A stretch of DNA of 64,000 nt, from positions 1,024,001 through 1,088,000 of the forward strand of contig CBDFLE010000006.1 of NCBI GenBank assembly GCA_965248925.1, written 5' to 3'. The notes beneath the pieces were generated by a model. It saw only the letters and a list, made by a program, of their open reading frames with translations, was not told the origin of the DNA and searched no databases. The stretch's first letter is position 1; each line of letters starts with the position of its first letter. Positions 22,068 through 31,256 of the stretch are shown here, piece by piece. The translations under genes and the position numbers were made by a program. Source of the stretch: Candidatus Multivoradales bacterium (lineage in GTDB: Bacteria; Acidobacteriota; Thermoanaerobaculia; Multivoradales; J023).

Positions 22068-22370
22068 GTCCTTGGCCCGCCGCCCCGAAGATCGCCCCGA
22101 TCGCCTGCCGGTCGAGCCGCCGGAGATGGAAATCACCGACGTGCTCGACCTCCACTGCTTCCGCCCAAAAGAGATCGGCGACTTGGTCGAGGGCTATCTG
22201 CGGCTTGCCTCGCAGCAAGGCTTGCGCCGCGTGCGGCTGATCCACGGCAAGGGCATCGGCGTACAGCGCAGCCGCGTGCATGCCATCCTCGAACGCCAGC
22301 CCCTAGTGGTGGCCTGGGGCAATATGCCGCCCGAGGCGGGGGGTTGGGGGGCGACTTGGGTGGAGCTGGG
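21996..22370 (+). repeat. Direct repeat copy 1 (3' end of the OM-protein gene plus Smr gene), left island boundary
   Basis: Aligns with 36766-37137 at roughly 85-90% identity by eye. Confidence 0.9.
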
Positions 22371-22461
22371 AAAGAACGGGCAGACCACCAAAGACCTTTC
22401 CCCACGTCTTTCCACCAACAGTGCCCAGCGGTCCAATCTTGACCGCAGGAAGTATGACTGA
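22072..22461 (+). CDS. Smr/MutS2 C-terminal domain protein, copy 1
   Basis: LDLH.FRPKE, VRLIHGKGIG.QR, GGWGATWVEL. Confidence 0.88.
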   Translation: MARRPEDRPDRLPVEPPEMEITDVLDLHCFRPKEIGDLVEGYLRLASQQGLRRVRLIHGKGIGVQRSRVHAILERQPLVVAWGNMPPEAGGWGATWVELGKNGQTTKDLSPRLSTNSAQRSNLDRRKYD

Positions 22462-22874
22462 GGGTATGCACCGACCCTCTCAGGGTACATCGCAGAGCCT
22501 TGACGCCATAGCAGCCCGCTACCGTGTACCCTGGCGGGATAATTTCCGGCACGGCTGAACCAGTTCTGCTTTGCCAGAGAGTCTACTCCTGTCTAGAGAA
22601 GTACTCATTCCGGACTTCTCGCTTCTGCCCACAATTGGAGAGAATCGCTCAAGTCCCTCGCCTAGTTGCCTAGCAGCAAGGCGAAGAGTCTTCAATGAAG
22701 CCCAAAGTACGGATCCGCTGCTAGCTTGGTGGCACCGCCTGCACAGAGCGACCGCAGTGGAGCGGCCTCAGGAGAGGTGGGTACAGGGGAATTCGATGGC
22801 TACAGATCCCGCTTTGAACGTCCCAAGTGAATTCAGATTTGGCACATCGCTCGAACCCGGAGGTTGATCGTTCT

Positions 22875-24221
22875 TCATTGTGGGCGAAGTCCCAGCCTTC
22901 GCCCACACCGAAGTTTCTTGCGGATAGTTTCTAGTTCGCTCGATGCAGAAGTAGTCCAATCGAGGCGGTTGAGCTCAACCAGCGCTGCTTCCACCGCTTC
23001 GTTCGTGTCGCAGGACATCATCAGTCTTCCCATGTCACTGATAACAGCCCTAGCTTCGCCCAGCTCCCCTAAAGCAATCTTCACCTCGACAAGATCCACG
23101 CTTGCAAGAGCAGTGTCTATCGGATTGATACCGGCGAAGAGCTCCATCGCCAATGAAACACGTGCCTCGGCCGCTTCAAGGTTACCAATAGACTGCTGGA
23201 TCATTGCATCGGTCCAGAGCAGCCACGCCTCTAGATATGGTGCACCGCCATGCGGCAGAAAAGTCCTCGCGGTTTGCAACTGAACATCAGCTTCAAACGG
23301 CATTTTCTTTCGTGCAAACCAACCGGCAGCACACTGGTGCATGCTAATTGATCGAAGCCAGTTCGAAGAACCCTTCAGGAGATCCAGGTACCAGCCGAGA
23401 AGTCGATCGTCCATTTCATCTAGTTCAACCAAACAGCGAGCAGTCGCTACTTCTGCTTCAAGGTAGCAAGCCGAGTCGCCCAGCGCCAACCGCCGAGCCT
23501 CCTTGTAGTACCTCTGTGCTTTGGAATACTCTCCAAGTGCGAAAATAATCTGCCCGCCGGTCATAAAGGAAATGAAGGAACCTCGCCCGCATGATGGCGC
23601 CACCATGCTGTAGGCCGCACTCTTCGCAGCCGTCATCCAGCCGCCTAGCTGATTGGCGCTTACCAAAGCCCTGCTTGCCTTCAAGACTCCCGCACAGCAA
23701 CCGCCGCGTCCTCCGACCCCCTCGACCAAAGACTGGGCCAACTCCGCCGAGGCACCCGGATCTCTGAAGCGAACGAAGGCTAGGTGCTCACAAGCTACCT
23801 CCACCGCCTGCAACGTTCTCCAGCACTCTTCCTCTCGAAAATGCTGGGCCAGCGCCGCCTCCGGTAACACTTCGAGCAGCAACTGAAGCCTGTGCGGCTC
23901 CGTAGCGCAGCAGGAGGCAGTCTCGCCAAGGAACGCCGCACGCAGAGCAGCACTGACCCCTGAATCGCCACGACTGGTACCGAGGAACTCGGCGGGGTCG
24001 AGCCCGGTCACCCTATTGAAGAACTCTTTGGGCGACACCCTCATCGCCGCCAGCACCAGATCTAGGCTGGGCAAGCTCATCGCGCCAGTGTTCAGCGCGC
24101 GACTCAAATAGCCAGTGCTGAGGCCAGCTCGGACATCGATTTCTCCCTTCAGCAGCGCGTGAGCCTCGACCATCCGGCTCAGAACTTCGATCACCCTTGA
24201 TAGTAGCTTCCCCTCCATCAC
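22875..24221 (-). CDS. XRE-like helix-turn-helix plus TPR-like helical-repeat protein
   Basis: N-terminal EIDVRAGLSTGYLSRALNTG…LDLVLAAMRVSPKEFF (XRE pattern). The C-terminus has TPR-like units (ALGEYSKAQRYYKEARRL, IGNLEAAEA, ALGELGEA). GC is lower than in the flanks. Confidence 0.7.
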   Translation of the reverse strand: MMEGKLLSRVIEVLSRMVEAHALLKGEIDVRAGLSTGYLSRALNTGAMSLPSLDLVLAAMRVSPKEFFNRVTGLDPAEFLGTSRGDSGVSAALRAAFLGETASCCATEPHRLQLLLEVLPEAALAQHFREEECWRTLQAVEVACEHLAFVRFRDPGASAELAQSLVEGVGGRGGCCAGVLKASRALVSANQLGGWMTAAKSAAYSMVAPSCGRGSFISFMTGGQIIFALGEYSKAQRYYKEARRLALGDSACYLEAEVATARCLVELDEMDDRLLGWYLDLLKGSSNWLRSISMHQCAAGWFARKKMPFEADVQLQTARTFLPHGGAPYLEAWLLWTDAMIQQSIGNLEAAEARVSLAMELFAGINPIDTALASVDLVEVKIALGELGEARAVISDMGRLMMSCDTNEAVEAALVELNRLDWTTSASSELETIRKKLRCGRRLGLRPQ

Positions 24222-24280
24222 ATGACGCTCCTATTTTGATTCCCGCGAAGCCTAACACGACAGGCAGATAGACAATCGAG

Positions 24281-24339
24281 TCAGCAAGAATGCTGATCCA
24301 CCTGCCGCCATACCGCGATGATCTCAGCATCTTTGCTGA
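24281..24339. promoter_or_regulatory. Two palindromic operators TCAGCA-N4-TGCTGA
   Basis: TCAGCAagaaTGCTGA at 24281-24296 and TCAGCAtcttTGCTGA at 24324-24339, in the divergent intergenic region. Confidence 0.7.
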
Positions 24340-24427
24340 TTCTTCTAAATTTTGCTCAGAGAGATTCGCCTGCCCTCTAGGCTCTTGGCATGCCTGAATC
24401 GTTCCCACTCGAAAGTAGATCGCCCCG

Positions 24428-24715
24428 ATGACCGACAACCAAATCCAAGCCGCCTTGAGCCCCCTTAGCGGCTGGCACCGCGCCGAAAACGCGCAAGCGA
24501 TCGGCAAGCACTACCTGCTCGACACCTGGCGCGACGCCATGATCTTCGTCGACTTCGTTCTCTTCACCGGCGAGCGGCTGGCGATCACCCCGCGAATCGT
24601 CATCGTTGGTCGGCGGCTCAGTGTCCAGATCGGGCCACGACCCCCAGTCAGCCTGAACAGCAGGCATTTCGAGTATGCCCACTCCCTCGACCTCCCATGC
24701 GGATCCGGCGGTTAA
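24428..24715 (+). CDS. PCD/DCoH-fold small protein 1 (degenerate pterin-4a-carbinolamine dehydratase-like)
   Basis: IQAALSPLSGW…IGKHY…WRDAMIFV..V…P.I…LSV.I…LNSRHFEYAHSLD follows the PCD pattern; the catalytic HHP motif is replaced by ITP. Confidence 0.65.
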   Translation: MTDNQIQAALSPLSGWHRAENAQAIGKHYLLDTWRDAMIFVDFVLFTGERLAITPRIVIVGRRLSVQIGPRPPVSLNSRHFEYAHSLDLPCGSGG

Positions 24716-24739
24716 ACCCTGAGGTCGCTGGAGCCCTCT

Positions 24740-24780
24740 CTCAGGGCCGGGCATCTCTCCCGGCCCTGAGGCTTTTTTTT
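24740..24780 (+). terminator. Intrinsic terminator with an overlapping alternative (antiterminator) pairing
   Basis: 12-bp stem CTCAGGGCCGGG/CCCGGCCCTGAG, 7-nt loop, then GC-T8. Confidence 0.85.
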
Positions 24781-24813
24781 CACCCGGTCATGACACTCAC
24801 CTGGAGAGCAGCA

Positions 24814-25137
24814 ATGAAACCAGAACGCATCCAACTCGGCTTGCAGGGCTTGGTCCACTGGCGTCAACCTAGTACCGCCGACCAGGTCATCAGCCGGCAG
24901 ATCGGCCTCGCCGACTTCACCAGCGCCAGCGACCTGCTGCGCAAGAGCCTAGTGCTGGCCAAGAAGCTGGAGATGCCGCTCGATCTACACCTCCAAGGCA
25001 GCACCTTGGAAGTGCGCCTGCCCTGTGCTCCAGAAACCGAACTCACCGAGCGCCACCTTTTCCTGGCCCGCGCCATCGAGAGCCTCGCCGCCGAGGGAGA
25101 GCAGCGGGCACCCCGCCAAGTCAATGACCGCCGGTGA
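24814..25137 (+). CDS. PCD/DCoH-fold small protein 2 (degenerate)
   Basis: GGAG RBS; MKPERIQLGLQGLVHW…ISRQIGLADFTSA..L…LDLHL…LEVRL…LTERHLFLARAIE; no HHP motif. Confidence 0.65.
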   Translation: MKPERIQLGLQGLVHWRQPSTADQVISRQIGLADFTSASDLLRKSLVLAKKLEMPLDLHLQGSTLEVRLPCAPETELTERHLFLARAIESLAAEGEQRAPRQVNDRR

Positions 25138-25382
25138 ACTTTTTCGACGCCTGTTGTAACGAAGCCGGCCATTTTACGCCTATAGATACTGAAGCGACTC
25201 TCCGAAACCCGCGTCCGCGAAAGGAGCAAACCCCAATGCCGAGCCATCACCTCCCTCTTGCCTTGCCGGTTCTTCTACTCACCGCCCTGCTCACCCTGCC
25301 ATCCCCGACCCAGGCTCTCGACCTGACCTTCGACAGTCACGCGGCCACCGCCGTCGGCTTGGCGGCCGACACCCCGGTGGCC
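25115..25382 (+). repeat. 268-bp segment (promoter, RBS and 5' end of the secreted gene) duplicated at 62665-62932
   Basis: Near-identical sequence from GCCAAGTCAATGACC to ACCCCGGTGGCC. Confidence 0.92.
25155..25182 (+). promoter_or_regulatory. Candidate ECF-type promoter for the Rhs operon
   Basis: TGTAAC-16 bp-CGCCTA; both boxes and the spacer length are retained in the copy at 62705-62732. Confidence 0.4.
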
Positions 25383-25907
25383 TGGCTGTGGACCGGGCGG
25401 GTGGTCGAGGGCTATTCCACCCGCGTTGAACTCGAAACCCGCGCCGGCTTGGCCGACCGCTCTGGGGCGGTGCGGCTCCAGAGCGAGCGCCCCTTGCCTG
25501 AGCAATCGATTTGGGCCTTGGCTGACCTCCGCAGCGGCGACCTGCTGCTCGACTGGCCAGCGGCCTCGCAAGCCAGTCTGCTGGAACTACCCGCCGTGGA
25601 CCTGGACCCCGACCGCCTGGCCCTCGCCGGCCGCCGTTTCCAGGCCCTGCTGATCCGTCCCGGCGTCGGCGCCTGGTCAGCCTTGGTGACCGATGGCGGC
25701 GACGCCGATGCCGACGGCGAACAGAATGCCAGCGTCACCGTGGCGGTGGAGCATTTGCTGCCGCTGAATGAGGAGACCCCCTCCGCCGCCGAGCGCTTGC
25801 GGCCGGGTGATCGCCTGCTGCTGGCCGACCCCGACCACCTACGTCTGTGGGTCGCCGCTATCGATCGCGAGTCGTTCAAGGACCCATCGCCCGACACTTC
25901 ACGCTGA
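25236..25907 (+). CDS. Secreted hypothetical protein immediately upstream of Rhs
   Basis: AAGGAG RBS, signal peptide (…PSPTQA|L), DGGDADADGEQN Ca-binding-like loop. Confidence 0.8.
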   Translation: MPSHHLPLALPVLLLTALLTLPSPTQALDLTFDSHAATAVGLAADTPVAWLWTGRVVEGYSTRVELETRAGLADRSGAVRLQSERPLPEQSIWALADLRSGDLLLDWPAASQASLLELPAVDLDPDRLALAGRRFQALLIRPGVGAWSALVTDGGDADADGEQNASVTVAVEHLLPLNEETPSAAERLRPGDRLLLADPDHLRLWVAAIDRESFKDPSPDTSR

Positions 25908-25924
25908 GCCCCGAGGAAAAAACT

Positions 25925-28900
25925 ATGAAAACTACCCCCCAGCCCTTCCGTCTGCTCTCCACCGGCTGCCTGCCGGCTTTGATTCTGGCTCTGCTGCCAG
26001 TGCTCTTCCTCTTGTTCCCAGCGATCTCTCATGGTGCGCAACAGCACCCCACCAGCGAGCGTGGATTCACCCCCGAGAAAGCCTACGCCTTTGGCGATAT
26101 CGATCACGTAAGCCTCTACAACGGCGCCCTCACCCTGACCCTCCCCATCGGCCCCACCTACCGGGTGGGTCGCGGCCTGTCCTACTCGCTGACCTTGGTC
26201 TACAACTCTAAATTGTGGGATTGGGAAATCGAGTGCGGCACGGGAAACTGCGACTCGGTGGCCTGGGCCAACCGCGACAGCAACAGCGGCTTGGGTTGGC
26301 AGCTTTCCCTCGGAAGGCTGGTGCCGCCGCTGACCCCGCCGCGCAACGACACGCCTCGCTGGTTATACATTTCAAGCGATGGCAGCGAGCACTTTTTTTA
26401 CGACACGCTGGCCAACGAAGCCCCGGTGGCCAACGTCTACTACAGCCGCGACAGCACCTACTTGCGGCTCAAGAAGGCGGGTAGCCAGTGGCAGCTCGAA
26501 GACGGCAGCGGTGTCACCCACACCTTCAACGCCAATGGCGACCTGCGGCGGCAAGAGGACGCCTTCGGCAACTACCTGACCATCGGCTATGACGCCAATA
26601 CCTGGGATATCGCCGACAGCACCGGCCGCACCCACACCCTGACCTTCGCCAACAAGTTGCTCGACGGCGCCCAAGTGCCGCACCTCACCCGCGCCAACCT
26701 GGCGGCTTTCGGCGGTCAGCGGGCACTTTGGAACTTCACCTACCAGCTCGCCACCGTCGACCGACCCGTCCCGTCGCCGAACGCGGGCGCCTACGCAGCG
26801 CCGAGAGCGCACTTCCTGACCAAGATCTCACTGCCCCACGGCCAGAGCTACGAGATGGGGCCGGTGGCACAGCGCTATCACCTGTCGCGTGTCACGGACC
26901 CGCGTAGTGTCGGTCAGATCAAGGCGGTCGATTTGCCCACCGGTGGCCTGGTGGCCTGGGCGTACGAGAACTACAAGTTCTACACCAACGGCGAACCGCT
27001 GACCGGTCCGGGGCGTCCGCGGCTTGAGTTTCAGCTCTCCTCAGGGGTCAGCTCGCGGCGCCTGATCGACACTACCGGCGGCGAGTTGGGCAAGTGGACC
27101 TACGATCAGGTGGTGACCTCGGAGGGTGGCAACCCGGCGGTCGAGTCGATCACCACGGTCCGGGCACCCTCGGGTCAGCGGACGATCCACTTTTTCTCGA
27201 CCTACCAAGGGGGCACCACCAGCGTCGCCACTGCCAACGAACTCGATCTGGGGCTGCCCTTCACGCCGAAGAACCCGGTGGGTGAGCGGCGCCTGTCGCA
27301 GCGGGTACTGTCGGCCGGCGGCACCGACCTTCGCCGGGTCGAGGTAGGCTATAAACGCGATGCCCCCGCGCCAGTGAGGGATGAGCAGGTCCGTGGTCAG
27401 CTCGCCCCCGCGGCGCGTGACCGTAATCAACGAAAGTTCGTCACCCGCACGATCTACAAGGACGACGGCAACAGGTACGCCGAGGACCGCATGTCGGGCT
27501 ATGACGGCGTCGGCCACTATCGGCGCACAGTGCGCAAGGACAACTTCGACGGGGTGAAGACGCGCAACCAGTTCACCCGATATCATCCCGGCGGCATGCC
27601 CAACACCAACCAAGACTGGGTCCTCGGAACCTACACCTACCAGACCACCGTCGACACCGGTGGCGCTACCTTGCGCCGTGACACCTGCTTTGATCCGGCG
27701 ACCGGCTTCTTGAAAGTCGAGCGTGTGCGCAAGGCCAACCCCTTGCCAGGCTCGGACGACGTGGTGCGCACGATGAGCTACGACCGCGATCCCGGTAGCA
27801 AGATCGAAACCGTGGTCGTGCGCCATTTCGGCGGTGATACGGGCGCCGTGGCGGCGCCCGGCGACGTTTGCGCGCTGAATCCGGCGCACAGCACCAGCCA
27901 CGTTGCCCTGGAGCACAAGTGGCAGTACGGCTCGGGCCGCTCAAGCCAGTACTTGAAACTCGATGGCAGCCGCTTCTCCTTCTTCGAAGTGCTCCAGGCG
28001 GTGGATCGGAACAGCGGCCTGATCAGTGCTAGCACCGACCGCTCTGGAATAGTCACCGGTCTCAAGTATGACCTTCTTGGCCGCCGAACCGAATTCAAGC
28101 CCTCCGCCGGCCATGGCGCATGGACGCTCTACGCCTACACCAACACCTTCAACTCGGCCGGCCCCGGAGTCGAGATCCGTCAGATCGACCGCGATACCAG
28201 CGCCGCGTTGGCCAAGCGCGAGCTACGTTTCGACGGCATCGGCCGGCTGATCCTGGAGCGCCAGCGCCAGCCCGGCGGGCTGTGGGCCAACCGGGTGACC
28301 GCCTACAGTGGAGAAGGTTGGACTCAGAGCGAGTCCGAGTGGTACCGCCCCGCGGGCACCGTCCACCGCACTTATTTCGATTACGACGCCTTTGGTCGGG
28401 TGACCAAGATCGTGCCGCCAGACGGCGCTACCCACGATGTGAGAGTGACCTACGTTGGCGATCGGCGGGTGAAGCGCTGGGGGCGGGTGGGGACCTCGGT
28501 GGCTGGCAACGGCAGCGTGAACCAAACCCAGTTTGCCACCGAAGAGATCTATGACGGCTACGGCCGGCTGGTGCGGGTGTCCGAGCCCGCGGGCGGCCTG
28601 CTGGCGACCTACTTCTACGACTCCGGCGATCGGCTGAAGCAGGCTAATCTGAAGGGTGGAAGTACCACCCAGATTCGTACCTTCGAGTACGACGGCCGAG
28701 GCTTTCTCCTCTCCGAGAATCACCCCGAGGCGCAGCAGATCACTTACAGCAACCACGATTCTCGCGGCAAGGCCCGCCGGCGGGTGCAGGCCGGCGTCGA
28801 CCTGTCCTACACCTTTGATCGGGCCGAGCGACTGACCCTGATGCGCGAAGGCTCGGCCGGCAATAGGGTGCTCAAAGAGCTGACCTACGCCACCACCAAC

Positions 28901-30826
28901 GTGGGCAGCAACCGACGCCGAGGCAAGCTAGAGAAGGCGGTGCGCCATAACTACGTCTTTAGCCCCCTCCTCCCCGGCAAGGTGCTCGACGCGAAAGTCA
29001 CCGAGATCTACACCTACAAGGGCCGCGACGGCCGGGTCTCAAGCAGGCGCACCCGCGCCGAGGTCAACGGTACGCTAGTGACCGACTTCAACCAGTCGTG
29101 GATTTTCGACGGCCTCGGCCAGGTAACCCAGCTGGGCTACCCGCGCTGCTCCGGCATCCCAAATTGCCCCAACGTGACAGCGCCCTCGCCCAACCGCAGT
29201 TTCATTCGTGCCCAGGGTTACCTGGTAGCGGTGCCGGGCTACGCCAGCTCGCTGACCTACCACCCAAGCGGTATGATAGCCAACGTCGTGCATACCAACG
29301 GCCTCACCGATGTTTGGGACGAAGACCGAGGCCGGCCACGGCCGAGCAGGATCAGTGTCACCGGCACGGTAGCCGCCAGCTTGGGTGACCACAGCTATGA
29401 CGGATCCGGAAACCTGGTCCGCCGCCGCTTTGCCGGCGTCTTCGACGATCATTACACTTACGACGGCTTGAACCGAATCAAGGTCTTCGAAGATTCCTCC
29501 GGCGACCAAGGCTATCAATACGATCCGTTCGGCAATCTGACCGGCATCACCGGAGTCAACGGCCGCACCTTGGCCGTCAATCGAGCCACGAACCGGCTCA
29601 GCGGCGCGGTGGTCTACGACGGTCGCGGTAACATCCTCGCCTGGGGGTCGCAGCTTTATTCCTACGATGCTTTAGGCATGATGAGCACCCGCAACTATCC
29701 CGAGCACACCTACATCTACACCGCAGACGAAGAGCGCTTGTGGACCTTCCGCTGGCAGGGCTCCTTCGAAAGCCTGGTCGAGACCTGGACCGTCCGCGAT
29801 CTTGACGGCAAAGTGCTGTCGATCTTCGAGAACCCCAAAGGCACCAATCCCTGGACCTTCCTCAAGGATTACGTCTATCGCGGCGGCAAGCTGCTGGCCA
29901 CCGACACCGCCTTGACGAGCCGCCGGTCGCGACAGCACTTTAGCCTTGACCACCTGGGCAGTTCGCGGCTGACTACCGACCGCAACGGTGCGCCGATCGC
30001 CAGCCACACTTACTACCCGTATGGCGAGGAGGTGGGCGCCGCCTTCGACTCCGAGCAGCTCAGGTTTACTGGGCACGAGCGAGATTTTGCTGGCGGGACT
30101 TTTGACCTCGACTACATGCATGCTCGGCATTGCAGTCCGCATTTGGGCAGGTTCATGAGTGTTGACCCCGAGGCCGCGAATGTCGACAGAGGACTACCAC
30201 AAACCTGGAATGCATTCACCTACGGGTTGAACAATCCACTCCGATTCGTTGACCGAGACGGTCGCAAGATCTCTCTTGCGAGCCTCACCGACGAACAAAA
30301 AACAGAGCTTGTGGAACAGCTCAGGGAGAAAACAGGTCTCGATCTAAGCCTCACCGACGATGGGTTACTTGTCTCAGGAGGGGCTCTCACCGGCGCAGAC
30401 GGGTCTTCCCAAGGCAGTGCGTTGGCGGCCGATTTTGTCTCTGATGCGATCAATAGCAGCACTGTGTTTTCAGCGCTGCCGAGAAATAGTTCCACCGCCA
30501 CTTTCATGGGAAGAGCGATAGGCAACCTGATTTTTCTGGACTATGACGATATCGCAAGAATCAAGCATGGCAACAATTCACCTGCTACTTTTGACGCAGG
30601 AATGATCTTTCTGCACGAACTAGCACACGTTTTCTTAGGCCTGAAAGACCCACCAAAATCCATGACCATAAGGCACCCCTCAGTAAAAGGTGCCACGGTA
30701 ATCAAAATGAACAAAATTCGCAAACAGCTCGGTTTGGAAATGAGAGGTCAATACACTGCTGCGGCTGATCAGACAGGAAAGCCCTATTTACCTTTTAGCA
30801 AGGGGCCTATTTATGTTTCGCGATAG
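25925..30826 (+). CDS. Rhs/YD-repeat polymorphic toxin with Sec signal peptide and C-terminal HExxH zinc-metallopeptidase (M91/NleD-like) domain
   Basis: Signal peptide; many YD.GR repeats; DHLGS, YYPYGE, RFTGHERD, DYMHARH, GRFMSVDP and NNPLRFVDRDG cleavage motif. The low-GC CT carries FLHELAH and NKIRKQLGLEMRGQY. Confidence 0.93.
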   Translation: MKTTPQPFRLLSTGCLPALILALLPVLFLLFPAISHGAQQHPTSERGFTPEKAYAFGDIDHVSLYNGALTLTLPIGPTYRVGRGLSYSLTLVYNSKLWDWEIECGTGNCDSVAWANRDSNSGLGWQLSLGRLVPPLTPPRNDTPRWLYISSDGSEHFFYDTLANEAPVANVYYSRDSTYLRLKKAGSQWQLEDGSGVTHTFNANGDLRRQEDAFGNYLTIGYDANTWDIADSTGRTHTLTFANKLLDGAQVPHLTRANLAAFGGQRALWNFTYQLATVDRPVPSPNAGAYAAPRAHFLTKISLPHGQSYEMGPVAQRYHLSRVTDPRSVGQIKAVDLPTGGLVAWAYENYKFYTNGEPLTGPGRPRLEFQLSSGVSSRRLIDTTGGELGKWTYDQVVTSEGGNPAVESITTVRAPSGQRTIHFFSTYQGGTTSVATANELDLGLPFTPKNPVGERRLSQRVLSAGGTDLRRVEVGYKRDAPAPVRDEQVRGQLAPAARDRNQRKFVTRTIYKDDGNRYAEDRMSGYDGVGHYRRTVRKDNFDGVKTRNQFTRYHPGGMPNTNQDWVLGTYTYQTTVDTGGATLRRDTCFDPATGFLKVERVRKANPLPGSDDVVRTMSYDRDPGSKIETVVVRHFGGDTGAVAAPGDVCALNPAHSTSHVALEHKWQYGSGRSSQYLKLDGSRFSFFEVLQAVDRNSGLISASTDRSGIVTGLKYDLLGRRTEFKPSAGHGAWTLYAYTNTFNSAGPGVEIRQIDRDTSAALAKRELRFDGIGRLILERQRQPGGLWANRVTAYSGEGWTQSESEWYRPAGTVHRTYFDYDAFGRVTKIVPPDGATHDVRVTYVGDRRVKRWGRVGTSVAGNGSVNQTQFATEEIYDGYGRLVRVSEPAGGLLATYFYDSGDRLKQANLKGGSTTQIRTFEYDGRGFLLSENHPEAQQITYSNHDSRGKARRRVQAGVDLSYTFDRAERLTLMREGSAGNRVLKELTYATTNVGSNRRRGKLEKAVRHNYVFSPLLPGKVLDAKVTEIYTYKGRDGRVSSRRTRAEVNGTLVTDFNQSWIFDGLGQVTQLGYPRCSGIPNCPNVTAPSPNRSFIRAQGYLVAVPGYASSLTYHPSGMIANVVHTNGLTDVWDEDRGRPRPSRISVTGTVAASLGDHSYDGSGNLVRRRFAGVFDDHYTYDGLNRIKVFEDSSGDQGYQYDPFGNLTGITGVNGRTLAVNRATNRLSGAVVYDGRGNILAWGSQLYSYDALGMMSTRNYPEHTYIYTADEERLWTFRWQGSFESLVETWTVRDLDGKVLSIFENPKGTNPWTFLKDYVYRGGKLLATDTALTSRRSRQHFSLDHLGSSRLTTDRNGAPIASHTYYPYGEEVGAAFDSEQLRFTGHERDFAGGTFDLDYMHARHCSPHLGRFMSVDPEAANVDRGLPQTWNAFTYGLNNPLRFVDRDGRKISLASLTDEQKTELVEQLREKTGLDLSLTDDGLLVSGGALTGADGSSQGSALAADFVSDAINSSTVFSALPRNSSTATFMGRAIGNLIFLDYDDIARIKHGNNSPATFDAGMIFLHELAHVFLGLKDPPKSMTIRHPSVKGATVIKMNKIRKQLGLEMRGQYTAAADQTGKPYLPFSKGPIYVSR

Positions 30827-31256
30827 AAAGCTGTTGTGCTGGATAGCATCGGCGTGCGCTCTTTTAGCACTTGGGTGCTCCTTGGCGTCCTTGTTCTCCG
30901 GGCCAGCGCTTGTGGTGGTTCATCTAGAGGGAGGTCCCGCGCCAATAGCTACAGTCTTGAGTATTCGCAGCGATGGGCATTGTTCCTGCCGAAGAGGCGG
31001 GATAAAGACCGAAGGTAGAGTTGAAATGGAGCGCGTTTTGGTAGTTCTAGAGCTAGCCCGTGGTGCTGCTCTCTGGGACAACCAAGACCCTTCGGTGTTT
31101 GATGTTGAGGAATTGGGTTTCTATTTTGACGGCGGTGAAAGTACTTTTTATCCTGAACGGCTTTCCCCGGAAGAGCAGTCGCTGCTCAAGGAACTCGACA
31201 TGCACTTCGCTAAGATCTGTGGCATAGAGCAGTTTATGAACGACCGAGCTTATTAG
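30813..31256 (+). CDS. Putative immunity lipoprotein for Rhs-CT1
   Basis: Overlaps the toxin stop; low GC; lipobox-like LALGC. Confidence 0.7.
   Translation: MFRDRKLLCWIASACALLALGCSLASLFSGPALVVVHLEGGPAPIATVLSIRSDGHCSCRRGGIKTEGRVEMERVLVVLELARGAALWDNQDPSVFDVEELGFYFDGGESTFYPERLSPEEQSLLKELDMHFAKICGIEQFMNDRAY

Noticed and set aside
22768-22878. Small ORF (MKNDQPPG…) coupled to the XRE-TPR stop as a possible RRNPP signalling propeptide
   Set aside because: It has no signal peptide or hydrophobic core, so a peptide-pheromone call cannot be supported.
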